Origin: Bacteroidales bacterium
GTDB lineage: Bacteria; Bacteroidota; Bacteroidia; Bacteroidales; UBA932
Assembly (NCBI GenBank): GCA_017454335.1
Contig: JAFTDE010000060.1
Coordinates: 13,102-77,101, forward strand
DNA: 64,000 nucleotides
Direction of reading: 5' to 3'
Each line of letters begins with the position of its first letter. Position 1 is the first letter of the stretch. This document shows positions 29,420 to 39,505 of this stretch, piece after piece. Made by a program: the position numbers and the translations under genes. Under the pieces are notes generated by a model. The model saw only the letters and a list, made by a program, of their open reading frames with translations, ran no database searches and was not told the origin of the DNA.

Positions 29420-31072
29420 ATGATCAAGATTGATAATTTCATCAACCTGTTCGAGGCGGCAACCCGCGAGAGCTGGGACCGGCCTGCTTTGAGCGACTAC
29501 CATAAAACGACCATCAGTTACCGCCAGCTGGCGGAAAGGATCGAAACCTTCGACCTGGTCTGGAAGCGTTGCGGACTGCGGCGCGGAGACAAGATCGCCA
29601 TCAATACCCGTCCCAGCGCATTCGGTGCGTCCCTGTTTTTCGCCGCCGTATGCAAGGGATATGTCGCCGTCCAGCTGTACAGCGCCTTCACGCCCCAGGA
29701 TACCCAGCGCCTGGTCGATCATTCGGACAGCCGGATCCTCTACACCGAAAAGCGCCTGTTCGACGGCATGGATTTCGAAAAGATGCCGCAGTTGCTCTGC
29801 GTCGTCGACGGCAGCACCGGGGAAGTGCTGGCCAGCCGGGGCGAGGCGGGTGAAATCATCCGTTCCGCCGGGCAATTGTTCGCCGAGGCCCGTCCCGACG
29901 GGCTGCAGCCTGCGGATTTCCGGGTGATCCGGGCCGGCATGGACGATGTCTGCGCCATCCTGTACACCTCCGGATCCACCGGCAACCCCAAGGGTGTCAT
30001 GCTGACTTACCGGAATTTCACCGCCAACGTCCAGGGCATCGGCCGGGGTTTCCCGTTCCGCAAGTGGGAGAATTACCTGAGCCTGCTGCCGCATGCGCAC
30101 AGTTTCGGCCTGACCTGCGACCTGGTGATTCCGCTGTCGACCGGCATGCACGTGACGGTGCTGGGCGTTCCGCCCATCCCGGCGACGGTCCAGGAAGCGC
30201 TGATGGAGGTACGTCCGCGTCTGTTCTATGCGGTTCCGCTGATTTTCGTCAAGTTGGTGGACTATATCCTGGGTGCGGACCTGCGCAGCCCCGAGGACCA
30301 GGCGAAATTCAATGATTATGAGAATCATCCGGGCTTCTGCAACCGGCTGAACGAAAAATTCATGCGGGAGACGGGAGGCCGGATCGAAGCCTTCGTCACC
30401 GGCGGCGCCGCCATCCCGACGGAGGTGGAAACCCTGCTGGTACGCAAACTGAAAATCCCCTTCGTGTCCGGATACGGACTGACGGAACTCGCTCCGATCG
30501 TTTCCTACGGCCGGGTGGGCAAATACATTCCCAAGTCCTGCGGGGAATACCTGCCGGACATCATGGAGCTGCGCATCGATTCCCCGGATCCGGTCCATAT
30601 CGCCGGCGAACTGTACATCAAGGGCGATGTCGTCTTCTCCGGGTACTACAAGAATCCCAAGGCCACGGCCAAGGTGATGAAGGACGGATGGTTCCAGACC
30701 GGGGACATCGGCACGGTGGACCGGGGGAACAATGTGTTCCTGCTGGGACGCAGCAAGAACATGATCCTGTCGCAGAGCGGCCAGAACGTCTATCCCGAAG
30801 AGATCGAGGTCATCCTGAACGAACTGCCCTATGTGGCCGAATCCATCGTCCTGCAGCGCGGCAGCCGCATCGTGGCCCTGATCGTCCCCGACATGAATGC
30901 GCTGGACAAGTCCGGCATGACCTCGGAGACCCTGGACGCCGTCATGCGCCAGAATATCGTCGCCCTGAACGCCCAGCTGCCGGCCTATTCGGCGGTCAAT
31001 GATTTCGAACTGCATTTCGAGGCCTTTGCCAAGACCCCGAAAGGCAGCATCAGACGTTTCCTGTACAAGTAA
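29420..31072 (+). CDS. Long-chain acyl-CoA synthetase (AMP-binding)
   Basis: YTSGSTGNPKGV, GYGLTE, GWFQTGD and GQNVYPEEIE motifs. Confidence 0.9.
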   Translation: MIKIDNFINLFEAATRESWDRPALSDYHKTTISYRQLAERIETFDLVWKRCGLRRGDKIAINTRPSAFGASLFFAAVCKGYVAVQLYSAFTPQDTQRLVDHSDSRILYTEKRLFDGMDFEKMPQLLCVVDGSTGEVLASRGEAGEIIRSAGQLFAEARPDGLQPADFRVIRAGMDDVCAILYTSGSTGNPKGVMLTYRNFTANVQGIGRGFPFRKWENYLSLLPHAHSFGLTCDLVIPLSTGMHVTVLGVPPIPATVQEALMEVRPRLFYAVPLIFVKLVDYILGADLRSPEDQAKFNDYENHPGFCNRLNEKFMRETGGRIEAFVTGGAAIPTEVETLLVRKLKIPFVSGYGLTELAPIVSYGRVGKYIPKSCGEYLPDIMELRIDSPDPVHIAGELYIKGDVVFSGYYKNPKATAKVMKDGWFQTGDIGTVDRGNNVFLLGRSKNMILSQSGQNVYPEEIEVILNELPYVAESIVLQRGSRIVALIVPDMNALDKSGMTSETLDAVMRQNIVALNAQLPAYSAVNDFELHFEAFAKTPKGSIRRFLYK

Positions 31073-32322
31073 TGGAAGAAAAGCGCGTCGTCATCACCGG
31101 AACCGGTGTCATCTCCCCGGTCGGAAACGGGACGGAGGCCTTCTGGGCCGCCATCCGTTCCGGGCGTTGCGGCATCAGCCGGTATGAGGGGCTGGAGGGC
31201 AGCCCCCTGGCGGTCCGGGTGGCCGGCGCCGTCCGGGATTTCGATCCGGCCGCCTACGGCATTCCGCTGAAGGAGTTGCGCCGCAACGATCGCTTCTGCC
31301 TCTTCGCCCAGGCCGCCGCGGCCCAGGCGATGGGGGAGTCTGCCCTGCAGTCCGGGACCAACATCGACCCGGAGCGGCTGGGTGTGTACATCGGCACGGG
31401 CATCGGCGGCATGCAGACTTTTCTCGAACAGTCGAAAGTCCTTTTCGATGAAGGGGCGGACCGCATCTCCCCGCTGTTCATCCCCAAGATGATCGGAAAT
31501 ATCGCCGCCGGCAACATCGCCATCCGCTACGGGGCGGAAGGGGCCAGCCTGACGACGACGGCCGCCTGTGCATCAGGCACCCAGGCCATCGGAGAGGCGT
31601 TCCGGGCCATCCGATACGGATTTGCGGACGCCATCATCGCCGGCGGGACGGAGGCCACGCTGAATCCGCTCGCTTTCGGCGGCTTTGCCAGTGCACATGC
31701 CCTGACCCTCGCGGAGGATCCGCTTCTCGCCTCGCTGCCTTTCGACCGGCGCCGCGCCGGCTTCGTCATGGCGGAAGGGGCTGCCGTGCTGGTCCTGGAA
31801 GAATACGGGCACGCCCGCAAACGGGGGGCTGCGATCCTCGCGGAGATATGCGGGTACGGCAACTACAGCGACGCCCATCATGTGACGGCGCCGCGTCCGG
31901 ATGGCATCGGTGCTGCCCGGGCCATGCGCGACGCCCTCTCCCAGGCCGGGTTCCGTCCCGGGGAGGATCTGTACATCAACGCCCACGGAACGGGCACGCA
32001 GCTGAACGATGTCACCGAGACGGCCGCCATCAAACTGGCGCTGGGTGCCGAGGAAGCGGCCCGGGCCTCGGTCAGCTCGACAAAATCCATGACGGGGCAC
32101 ATGATCGGTGCGGCCGGAGCGGTGGAAGCCCTCTGCTGCGCACTGGCCCTGCGCGACTCCGTAATCCCGCCGACCATCGGCCTGACCGATCCGGACCCGG
32201 CGTGCGACCTGGACTATACGCCCCTGCAGGCCCGGAACCGGGCCATAACCATTGCCGTTTCGAATTCCCTGGGATTCGGCGGCCACGATGCCAGCATTGC
32301 GCTGCGCCGGATTGACAGATAA
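31072..32322 (+). CDS. fabF: Beta-ketoacyl-ACP synthase II
   Basis: Catalytic ACASG, NAHGTGT and TGHMIGAAG; NSLGFGG. Confidence 0.9.
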   Translation: MEEKRVVITGTGVISPVGNGTEAFWAAIRSGRCGISRYEGLEGSPLAVRVAGAVRDFDPAAYGIPLKELRRNDRFCLFAQAAAAQAMGESALQSGTNIDPERLGVYIGTGIGGMQTFLEQSKVLFDEGADRISPLFIPKMIGNIAAGNIAIRYGAEGASLTTTAACASGTQAIGEAFRAIRYGFADAIIAGGTEATLNPLAFGGFASAHALTLAEDPLLASLPFDRRRAGFVMAEGAAVLVLEEYGHARKRGAAILAEICGYGNYSDAHHVTAPRPDGIGAARAMRDALSQAGFRPGEDLYINAHGTGTQLNDVTETAAIKLALGAEEAARASVSSTKSMTGHMIGAAGAVEALCCALALRDSVIPPTIGLTDPDPACDLDYTPLQARNRAITIAVSNSLGFGGHDASIALRRIDR

Positions 32323-32335
32323 TACGCAAGCACAT

Positions 32336-32983
32336 ATGAATACCCAAGAACAATTCGTGATCACCGTCAGCCGGGAAGTCGGCTCGGGAGGCCGCACCAT
32401 CGGCAGGCTGCTGGCCGAGAAACTGAACGTCCGCTACTGCGACAAGGAACTCATTGAAAAACTGATCTCCCAATTCGGACTGAGCGTCGCGGAGATCGAG
32501 AAGATCAAGGCCCGGAAGAAGAATTTCCTCGCCGACCTGTTCGCCCACGTGAACCTGCCCGGCCGTCCGGAAGCCTACATGTACCAGACGCCCCTGGACG
32601 TACAGGGCCTGGATGCCACGGCCGACGAGATCTTCGCCTGCGAGAAGGCCATCCTGCTGGACCTGGCCGCGCAGGAGTCCTGCGTGATCGCCGGACGCTC
32701 CGCTTTCTTCGTGCTGAAGGACCATCCCAACATCCTGAACGTGTTCATCCAGGCTTCGGACGAGAAGCGACTCGAGCGCATCATGCGCCGCCAGAACGTC
32801 ACCCGCCAGGAGGCCGTAGACATCATGCAGGCCGTGGATGCGGGCCGCGAGCAGTTTGTCAAGCGATTTGCCGGTACCAGCCGCTATGATGCCCGGAACT
32901 ATGACCTGGTGATGAACGTGGACGGCATGACGGAGGAAGATGCCGTCGCGTGCATCCTGCATTTCATCGAAAAGAAAAAGTAA
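32336..32983 (+). CDS. Cytidylate kinase-like family protein
   Basis: VITVSREVGSGG, CVIAGR and NYDL motifs; start placed at 32336. Confidence 0.85.
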   Translation: MNTQEQFVITVSREVGSGGRTIGRLLAEKLNVRYCDKELIEKLISQFGLSVAEIEKIKARKKNFLADLFAHVNLPGRPEAYMYQTPLDVQGLDATADEIFACEKAILLDLAAQESCVIAGRSAFFVLKDHPNILNVFIQASDEKRLERIMRRQNVTRQEAVDIMQAVDAGREQFVKRFAGTSRYDARNYDLVMNVDGMTEEDAVACILHFIEKKK

Positions 32984-32989
32984 AGCTGC

Positions 32990-34492
32990 ATGATGATTCC
33001 GCTGGTTGAAGTATCCCTGCGTTTCATGTCCGAGGAAATGCTGTTGCTGCTGGCAGCACTCATCTTCGTCGCCCTGCTGCTGACCAAGGTCGGTTCGAAG
33101 TTCGGTGTCCCCGCCCTGCTGCTGTTCCTGGTCCTGGGTATGCTGGTGGGCCCGGACGGGCTGGGCCTGAAGCTGTCCAATTACGAAATTCCCGAATTCC
33201 TCGGGCACGCCGCCATGACGGTCATCCTGTTGTCCGGCGGCATGTCGACCAACTACGAGGAAATCCGGCCCATCCGGAAACAGGCCATTTCGCTTGCGAC
33301 CCTGGGCGTGCTGCTGACGACGCTGCTGACCGGTACGTTCATCTATTTCGTCGTGTCGCCCATGCTGGGAGCCGTGGCTTCGGCATTCTTGGGCTGCCTG
33401 ATGATCGCGGCGATCATGGGATCGACGGATTCCGCCTCCGTCTTCGCCGTGCTCAAGGAGAAGAAGATGCAGCTGAAATGGAATCTCACCCCGATGCTGG
33501 AGCTGGAATCCGGCAGTAACGACCCGATGGCCTATGTCCTGACCATCGTTCTGGTCCGGCTGATCACGATGCTGCGGGACGGCAATTTCAACCTGTCGCC
33601 GATGGCTGTCGTGCCGTTCGTACTGGCCGTCCTGGCCTTCCAGATTTTCGTCGGCTACCTGGTCGGTCTGGCCGTCGGACATGGCGGAAAATGGCTGCTC
33701 AAGCGGATCAATCTGCAGAGCAGCGCCCTGTACAGCATCATGCTGCTCTGTTTCGGTTTCTTTGCCAACGGCATCACCTCCCTGATGAACGGCAACGGCC
33801 TGCTGGCCATATACACGACCGCCGTCATCATCGGCAGCGACAAGAAACTGCCGTACAAACGGGAAATCCGGATTCACCTGGACGGAATCACCTATCTGGT
33901 CCAGCTGGGCATGTTCCTCATGCTCGGCATCATGGCCCGGCCTTCGCAGATGCCGCACATCCTCCTGCCCGCCGTGCTGATCGCCTTCTTCATGTTCTTC
34001 ATCGGGCGTCCGGCCAGCGTATTCCTGAGCCTGCTTCCGTTCCGCAAAATGCCTTTCCGCGCCAAGCTCTTCACCTCCTGGGTCGGATTGCGGGGCGCCG
34101 GTCCCATCCTCTTCGCCCTGACCCCCTTCCTGTATGGGCTGGAGGGGAGCGAGGACGTGCTGAATATCGTCTTCATCGTGACGCTGCTGTCGCTGCTGGT
34201 CCAGGGAACCACCTTGACCTCGTTTGCCAAACTGCTAAAGCTCAATGATATCGATATTGAGGACGTCGACACTTTCGGGGTGGATATTCCCGAGGATATG
34301 GGCATGCTCCGCAACCATACCGTGACGGAGGAAGAACTCGTCGCCGGAAAGACCCTGCGTGATCTGCATCTGCCGCACGGCATCCGGGTCGTCATGGTGC
34401 GGCGCAACGGACGCTACATCTCGCCGCACGGCAGCTTCGAGATGCAGGCGGGGGATGAACTTCTGATCCTGATCGGGGAGACCGAGGACTGA
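32990..34492 (+). CDS. K+/H+ antiporter NhaP2/CvrA with TrkA_C domain
   Basis: STDSASVF, LELESGSNDP and WVGLRGA motifs; C-terminal RCK_C domain. Confidence 0.9.
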   Translation: MMIPLVEVSLRFMSEEMLLLLAALIFVALLLTKVGSKFGVPALLLFLVLGMLVGPDGLGLKLSNYEIPEFLGHAAMTVILLSGGMSTNYEEIRPIRKQAISLATLGVLLTTLLTGTFIYFVVSPMLGAVASAFLGCLMIAAIMGSTDSASVFAVLKEKKMQLKWNLTPMLELESGSNDPMAYVLTIVLVRLITMLRDGNFNLSPMAVVPFVLAVLAFQIFVGYLVGLAVGHGGKWLLKRINLQSSALYSIMLLCFGFFANGITSLMNGNGLLAIYTTAVIIGSDKKLPYKREIRIHLDGITYLVQLGMFLMLGIMARPSQMPHILLPAVLIAFFMFFIGRPASVFLSLLPFRKMPFRAKLFTSWVGLRGAGPILFALTPFLYGLEGSEDVLNIVFIVTLLSLLVQGTTLTSFAKLLKLNDIDIEDVDTFGVDIPEDMGMLRNHTVTEEELVAGKTLRDLHLPHGIRVVMVRRNGRYISPHGSFEMQAGDELLILIGETED

Positions 34493-35725
34493 TTATTGCC
34501 CGCTGTAGCGGCCGGCGAACAGGACGGCGCCCGTGCTGGATTCCGTAATCAGGTACAGGAAGGGATGGTCTGCGTGGAAAACAATGTGCGGACCGGGTGC
34601 GATGGCCGTCGTTAACTTGATGCCGGCGCTGGAGATCACAGCTGCTTCGGCGCCTTCCTCATCCACCTTGATCACGGCGTCCTGCTGGACGAAATCGAGG
34701 AAGAACGCGTATTTCGACATGGCTTTGAAATCGGCTTTGTGGGGATCGAACGCGCTCGGCATGCCCATCTCGCTGAGGATGTCGTTCAACTTGATGTGGT
34801 AGCGGGATTCGAACTTGGGCAGCCAGAGGTCCACTTCACAGGGATAGGTATTGTGGCGGATCCGGTCCCAGGATTCCGTCTTCAGGATCTCCGTCATCTC
34901 GGCGAGGGTATGGCCTTCGGTCGGCATCAGGACATTCATCTGGAAGGCTCTGTTGCCATAGGGCAGGACGACCCAGCGGAAGTGGGAATTCTCGCCGTAC
35001 TCGAACTCGCGCTCCTGTTTCATCATCTTGACCGGCCTCTTCTGTCCGGACTCGACGGTGAAGGGCTCGTCCGCCGTTGCGCTTTTGGAGAAACGGTCCG
35101 TCCATTCGCTCTTGAAGTACATGGCGTTCAGCAGGTAGGCCAGCATGTCCGGATCGACTTCATCCAGGATCTTGGGAATCATGCCGTTGGTGTGGTCGGA
35201 GCACCAACCGTTGATTACCTTGAGGGCTTTCTCTCCGTTGTTGAAATCCAGGTTGGACACCGCTGCCCGGAACTTGTCCGCGACTGTCTTTTCGTAACTG
35301 TCCAGCAGCGGGACGCCTTCGCTGACAAAAATGGCGTTGGCTATGTCCAGGCGGGTCTTTTTGTCCAGCTTCGGCAGCTGCTCCAGCATCGCGAGGCAGT
35401 ATTCGTTCACCGCATCCACTTCGCCCGATCCGTATCCCAGCACCCGGCAGATTTCGTCGGCCGTCGTGCCCTGGGCACCGTCCAGGATCATGCCCAGCAG
35501 GAACTGCATGCTGAGGGGGGAAATGACGTAGTCTTTTTTCTCCGTATCGTTGATCCGGTCGATGAATTCGAACGCAAAGGAATGGCCTTTCTGAACGAAT
35601 TCGCTGGACTTGGTCGAGAGATCGAGGGGTATGTACCGGTTGTCTTCGTCCGCGGAAGCGGCACCCCGGCATTGGGTTGAAAGCAGGCTGGTGAGAGCAA
35701 GCATGATGAGGGTCGTGTTTTTCAT
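34493..35725 (-). CDS. Serpin family protein, probable lipoprotein
   Basis: ISPLS, INGWCSDHTNGMI, NAMYFK..W, hinge DEEGAEAA and FHADHPFLYLI motifs. Confidence 0.92.
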   Translation of the reverse strand: MKNTTLIMLALTSLLSTQCRGAASADEDNRYIPLDLSTKSSEFVQKGHSFAFEFIDRINDTEKKDYVISPLSMQFLLGMILDGAQGTTADEICRVLGYGSGEVDAVNEYCLAMLEQLPKLDKKTRLDIANAIFVSEGVPLLDSYEKTVADKFRAAVSNLDFNNGEKALKVINGWCSDHTNGMIPKILDEVDPDMLAYLLNAMYFKSEWTDRFSKSATADEPFTVESGQKRPVKMMKQEREFEYGENSHFRWVVLPYGNRAFQMNVLMPTEGHTLAEMTEILKTESWDRIRHNTYPCEVDLWLPKFESRYHIKLNDILSEMGMPSAFDPHKADFKAMSKYAFFLDFVQQDAVIKVDEEGAEAAVISSAGIKLTTAIAPGPHIVFHADHPFLYLITESSTGAVLFAGRYSGQ

Positions 35726-35731
35726 ATATCT

Positions 35732-35758
35732 CAAATTTACACAATTTCCTTATCTTTG
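35732..35758. promoter_or_regulatory. Back-to-back -7 boxes for the serpin and rhodanese-MBL genes
   Basis: CAAATTTA at 35732-35739 (TAAATTTG on minus) and TATCTTTG at 35751-35758. Confidence 0.65.
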
Positions 35759-35774
35759 CAAAAAGCATGCTCGT

Positions 35775-36818
35775 ATGAAACTTTTCCGGAATATGTCAAT
35801 CCTCTCCCTGCTGGGCCTGATTGCCTGCGGAAGCAGCTACAAGGACCTGGACGTCGCTGAATTTGAAAAAAACATCGCCGGCGGGAACGTTGCCGTCGTG
35901 GATGTCCGCACGGCGGAAGAATATGCCGAAGGCCACCTGGCCGGGGCTTCCAACTGCGACTGGAATGCCGCAGATTTCCTCTCCCGGATGGAAGCGGATT
36001 ATCCCAAGGGGACGCCGCTGGCCGTCTACTGCCGGACCGGACGCCGCAGTGCGGAAGCGGCGGACAAACTCACTGCGGCGGGATACTCTGTCTGCAACCT
36101 GCTGGGCGGCTATGTCGCCTGGGCCGAGGCCGGCAAGCCGGTAACGACCTACGAGGTGGAAACCTTCTTCACGGACAGCGGGCTGCCCGTCGCCATTACC
36201 CTGGTCAAGCACGGGACCCTGGCCCTGTCATACAAGGGACAGACGATCCATGTGGATCCGGTCGGCCGATACGGCAAAGCCACCGACTACGCCGTGGAAT
36301 TCCCCAAGGCCGACGTGATCCTGGTCACGCACGAGCACGGGGATCATTTTGACCGCGATGCCATCGCTGCCCTGACCGAAGCGGGAAAGACGACCCTGGT
36401 CACCAATGCGCGCTGCGCGGAGATGCTGGGCTATGGCACCGTCATGGCCAACGGCGATTCCGGCAAGATCCTGGGGGATGTCGCCATCGACGCGGTTCCG
36501 GCTTACAATTATACGGAAGGGCACACCCAGTTCCATCCCAAGGGACGGGACAACGGTTTCGTCCTGACGGTGGACGGACTGCGCATCTACATTGCGGGGG
36601 ACACGGAGGACATTCCGGAGATGGCCGCGATCCGGGACATCGACGTCGCCTTCCTGCCGGTCAACCAGCCCTATACGATGACGGTGGACCAGTGCGTCCA
36701 TGCTGCCGAGGTACTTTCGCCCAAGGTGCTGATCCCGTATCATTTCTCGCAGACGGACCTCTCTTCGCTGCCCGGCCGGCTGGACGGCATCCGCGTCCTG
36801 CTGCGGAAGATGAACTGA
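35775..36818 (+). CDS. Lipoprotein: rhodanese domain fused to MBL-fold metallohydrolase
   Basis: Lipobox LIAC; VDVRT.EEY.EGHL and YCRTGRRS; then HVDP, THEHGDH, YIAGDT and IPYH. Confidence 0.85.
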   Translation: MKLFRNMSILSLLGLIACGSSYKDLDVAEFEKNIAGGNVAVVDVRTAEEYAEGHLAGASNCDWNAADFLSRMEADYPKGTPLAVYCRTGRRSAEAADKLTAAGYSVCNLLGGYVAWAEAGKPVTTYEVETFFTDSGLPVAITLVKHGTLALSYKGQTIHVDPVGRYGKATDYAVEFPKADVILVTHEHGDHFDRDAIAALTEAGKTTLVTNARCAEMLGYGTVMANGDSGKILGDVAIDAVPAYNYTEGHTQFHPKGRDNGFVLTVDGLRIYIAGDTEDIPEMAAIRDIDVAFLPVNQPYTMTVDQCVHAAEVLSPKVLIPYHFSQTDLSSLPGRLDGIRVLLRKMN

Positions 36819-37922
36819 TTACTCGCTGTAGTTGTGGTCCACGGTGACGAGGATCGTGGCTCCGGGAATCAGCTCGCTTAATTCCCGGGTCAGTTTCCCG
36901 CACAGCGCATTGTCGTCCCGGACGTTGACGTCGGGTACGACATCCACGGTGACAAGCGCATCTTTCTCCGAATAATAGAATCCGTGCACCTGGACCAGTT
37001 CCTGGTGGGCAGCCAGGGCCTTGACGACCCGGGACTGCAGCTCCTTGCGCTGGTTCTCGCCGGTCGCGACGGCATAGACGCCGACAGTCATCACGATTCC
37101 GTGCTGCTGGAACATCTGGATGGAGATCTTCCGCGTGAGCCCGTGGATATCCTGGGCGGTCATGACGTCGTCCACGCTGACGTGCAGCGATCCGATCATC
37201 ACGTCCGGGCCGTAGTTGTGCAGGATGATGTCATAGACGCCGTGCACTTCGTCATAGGCCATGATCTCTTCCTTGATTTCGTGGATCAGCTCCGCGGACA
37301 CGCGCGAACCCAGCAGTTCACCGACGGGAGAGGAAAGCATCTCGATACCGGCTTTGATGATCAGCGCCGAGATGAGCGTTCCCAGGATCCCGTCCAGGGA
37401 GACGTTCCAGAGCAGCATGACACCGGCGGAGATGAGCGTGGCCAGCGTAATGACCGCATCGAAGAGGGCGTCCGAGCCCGAAGCGATCAGGGCGTCGCTT
37501 TTCAGTTTCGTTCCCTGCCGCTTGACATACCAGCCCAGCAGCAGCTTGACCACGATGGCCACGATGATGACGATCAGCGTGGTCGCGGTGTAGTTGGGCT
37601 GGGTCGGTTGGAAGATCTTCCTGACCGATTCGATGAGGGAGGTTACGCCGGCGGACAGGACGATGACGGCGATGATGATGGCGCTGAAATATTCGACGCG
37701 GCCGTATCCGAAGGGATGTTTCCGGTCAGCCGGCCGCTGCGACAGTTTGGTCCCGATGATGGTGATGACGCTGGACAGGGCGTCGCTGAGGTTGTTGACG
37801 GCGTCCATCACGATGGCGATGCTGCTGGCCAGGACACCGACCAGGGCCTTGAAGGCAGCCAGCAGGACATTGGCGACGATGCCAACGATGCTGGTCCGGA
37901 TGATTTGTGCTCCGCGGTTCAT
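36819..37922 (-). CDS. Cation diffusion facilitator (CDF) transporter
   Basis: DAVNNLSD, PADRKHPFGYGRVEY and LHNYGP motifs; start placed at 37922. Confidence 0.9.
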   Translation of the reverse strand: MNRGAQIIRTSIVGIVANVLLAAFKALVGVLASSIAIVMDAVNNLSDALSSVITIIGTKLSQRPADRKHPFGYGRVEYFSAIIIAVIVLSAGVTSLIESVRKIFQPTQPNYTATTLIVIIVAIVVKLLLGWYVKRQGTKLKSDALIASGSDALFDAVITLATLISAGVMLLWNVSLDGILGTLISALIIKAGIEMLSSPVGELLGSRVSAELIHEIKEEIMAYDEVHGVYDIILHNYGPDVMIGSLHVSVDDVMTAQDIHGLTRKISIQMFQQHGIVMTVGVYAVATGENQRKELQSRVVKALAAHQELVQVHGFYYSEKDALVTVDVVPDVNVRDDNALCGKLTRELSELIPGATILVTVDHNYSE

Positions 37923-37963
37923 GGATTGAAAGTCATTTGCAGGACAAAAATAACAAAAGATTT

Positions 37964-38455
37964 CTACAATCCGGCGAACTTCTGGTAGGCGAGCCTTTCG
38001 TCCCCGGACGCGAGGTAGATGATGCCGCAGTAGCTGAATCCGTAATCCAGGATCACGTGCTGCATGATCCGGTTGTCCCTGTGCGTGTCGATGCGGATGT
38101 TGCGGTCCCGGTCGAAACACCAGTCCATGACGGTGCGGAAGACCCCGTGCACCTCGGGATAACTGGCGATCCTGTGCACCACGTGATAGGGGAGCGTGTC
38201 ATCCAGCCAGGCGCCGCCGTCGATCCGCGCATAGGTCGGCTCGGGCGAGGGGATGAAGGCGAAATAGGCGACGCAGCGGGTCTGGATGACCACGAAACCG
38301 TACCCCTGCCGGATGTCTTCGAGGATGACTTCCTCTGACGGGTATCCGTTCGTCCATTGGAGCGCATTGCCGGAGGCGCGCATAATGCCTTTGGCCGCCT
38401 CAAGGACGGCCATGATGTCTTGCAGATCGTTCACGCAGGCGGATCGGATTGTCAT
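37964..38455 (-). CDS. GNAT family N-acetyltransferase
   Basis: QWTNGYP, VHRIAS, IRIDTH.DN and GFSYCG motifs. Confidence 0.85.
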   Translation of the reverse strand: MTIRSACVNDLQDIMAVLEAAKGIMRASGNALQWTNGYPSEEVILEDIRQGYGFVVIQTRCVAYFAFIPSPEPTYARIDGGAWLDDTLPYHVVHRIASYPEVHGVFRTVMDWCFDRDRNIRIDTHRDNRIMQHVILDYGFSYCGIIYLASGDERLAYQKFAGL

Positions 38456-38491
38456 CGCAGTTTCCGTTTGCGTAAAGATAGCAATTTTTCC

Positions 38492-39505
38492 TTACGCGTA
38501 GGAATGCATCCCGCCCAGGACCAGGTTGACGCCCAGCCAGGTGATCAGCACGCACAGGAAGGCTGCGATGCACAGCGCATGGAAGACGCGCGGTCGTTGC
38601 AGGGGCTTCAGGACGCGTCCGTGCAGGATGAAGGCATAGACCAGGAAGGTGATCAGGGCCCAGGTTTCCTTCGGATCCCAACTCCAGTAGCATCCCCAGG
38701 AGATGTTGGCCCAGACCGCGCCGACCATGATGCCGACAGCCAGCAGGAAGACGGCCGGATACAGGGCGACGAGGCTGATGTCACGCAGGCGGATGCGCTT
38801 TTCCTCCGAACGGATCACCAGGCCTGCGATTCCGTTCAACGCCATCAGGGCGAACAGGGCATAGGCCACAATGATGACCAGCACATGCATCCACAGCAGG
38901 GGAGAGCGCAGCACGGGCATCAGGGGCTGGAACAGGATCTTCCGGCAGATCAGGAAGAACGCAAGGACCAGCAGGCCCCCTGCCAGCACCGACAGGGCGA
39001 TCCGAAGCGGACGGGGAATCGCCGGCAAACGCCGGATCGCCTCGCGGAAACCACTGTCTTTCGCACAGAAGCACAGCAGCATGGCCAGTGTCAGGACCAG
39101 GTATCCGGCGTAGGTGAGGCCGGTGCCCCAGGGATCGCGGCTGACCGTCAGGATGCTTCCTTCCAGGTCCTCGTCGTAATCGGCCTGCAGGAAGCGGTAC
39201 CCGTCCTTCTTCAGGATGTGGTTCATGGAGATGGTGATCCGCTCGTTGCCCGGAAGCAGGGTCAGTTCACTGACATAGTCCTGCGGCATCTCGCTGTCCG
39301 GATAATAGTCGATCCTGAATTCTTCAAGCCTCAGGCTGAAGGGAAGCGCCGTCTCGGCGCCGTCTTTGTCGCTTACATAGGTGTCCGCGGCCTGGGAACG
39401 GCGCAGGTGGATACTTCCGCTCTCTCCGCGGAAATAGGTGAAGAGCGCTCCGGCCAGGATCAGGATCATGCCGGCAAAAAGACAGGGTAAAAATCTTTTC
39501 ATCAA
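38492..39505 (-). CDS. ccsA: Compact cytochrome c biogenesis protein (ResB/CcsB fragment fused to CcsA)
   Basis: WWD domain GAVWANISWGCYWSWDPKETW, LWMHV, ILHG and GGMHSY; ResB-like periplasmic segment LEEFRIDYY..ISMNH..GYRF.Q. Confidence 0.85.
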   Translation of the reverse strand: MMKRFLPCLFAGMILILAGALFTYFRGESGSIHLRRSQAADTYVSDKDGAETALPFSLRLEEFRIDYYPDSEMPQDYVSELTLLPGNERITISMNHILKKDGYRFLQADYDEDLEGSILTVSRDPWGTGLTYAGYLVLTLAMLLCFCAKDSGFREAIRRLPAIPRPLRIALSVLAGGLLVLAFFLICRKILFQPLMPVLRSPLLWMHVLVIIVAYALFALMALNGIAGLVIRSEEKRIRLRDISLVALYPAVFLLAVGIMVGAVWANISWGCYWSWDPKETWALITFLVYAFILHGRVLKPLQRPRVFHALCIAAFLCVLITWLGVNLVLGGMHSYA

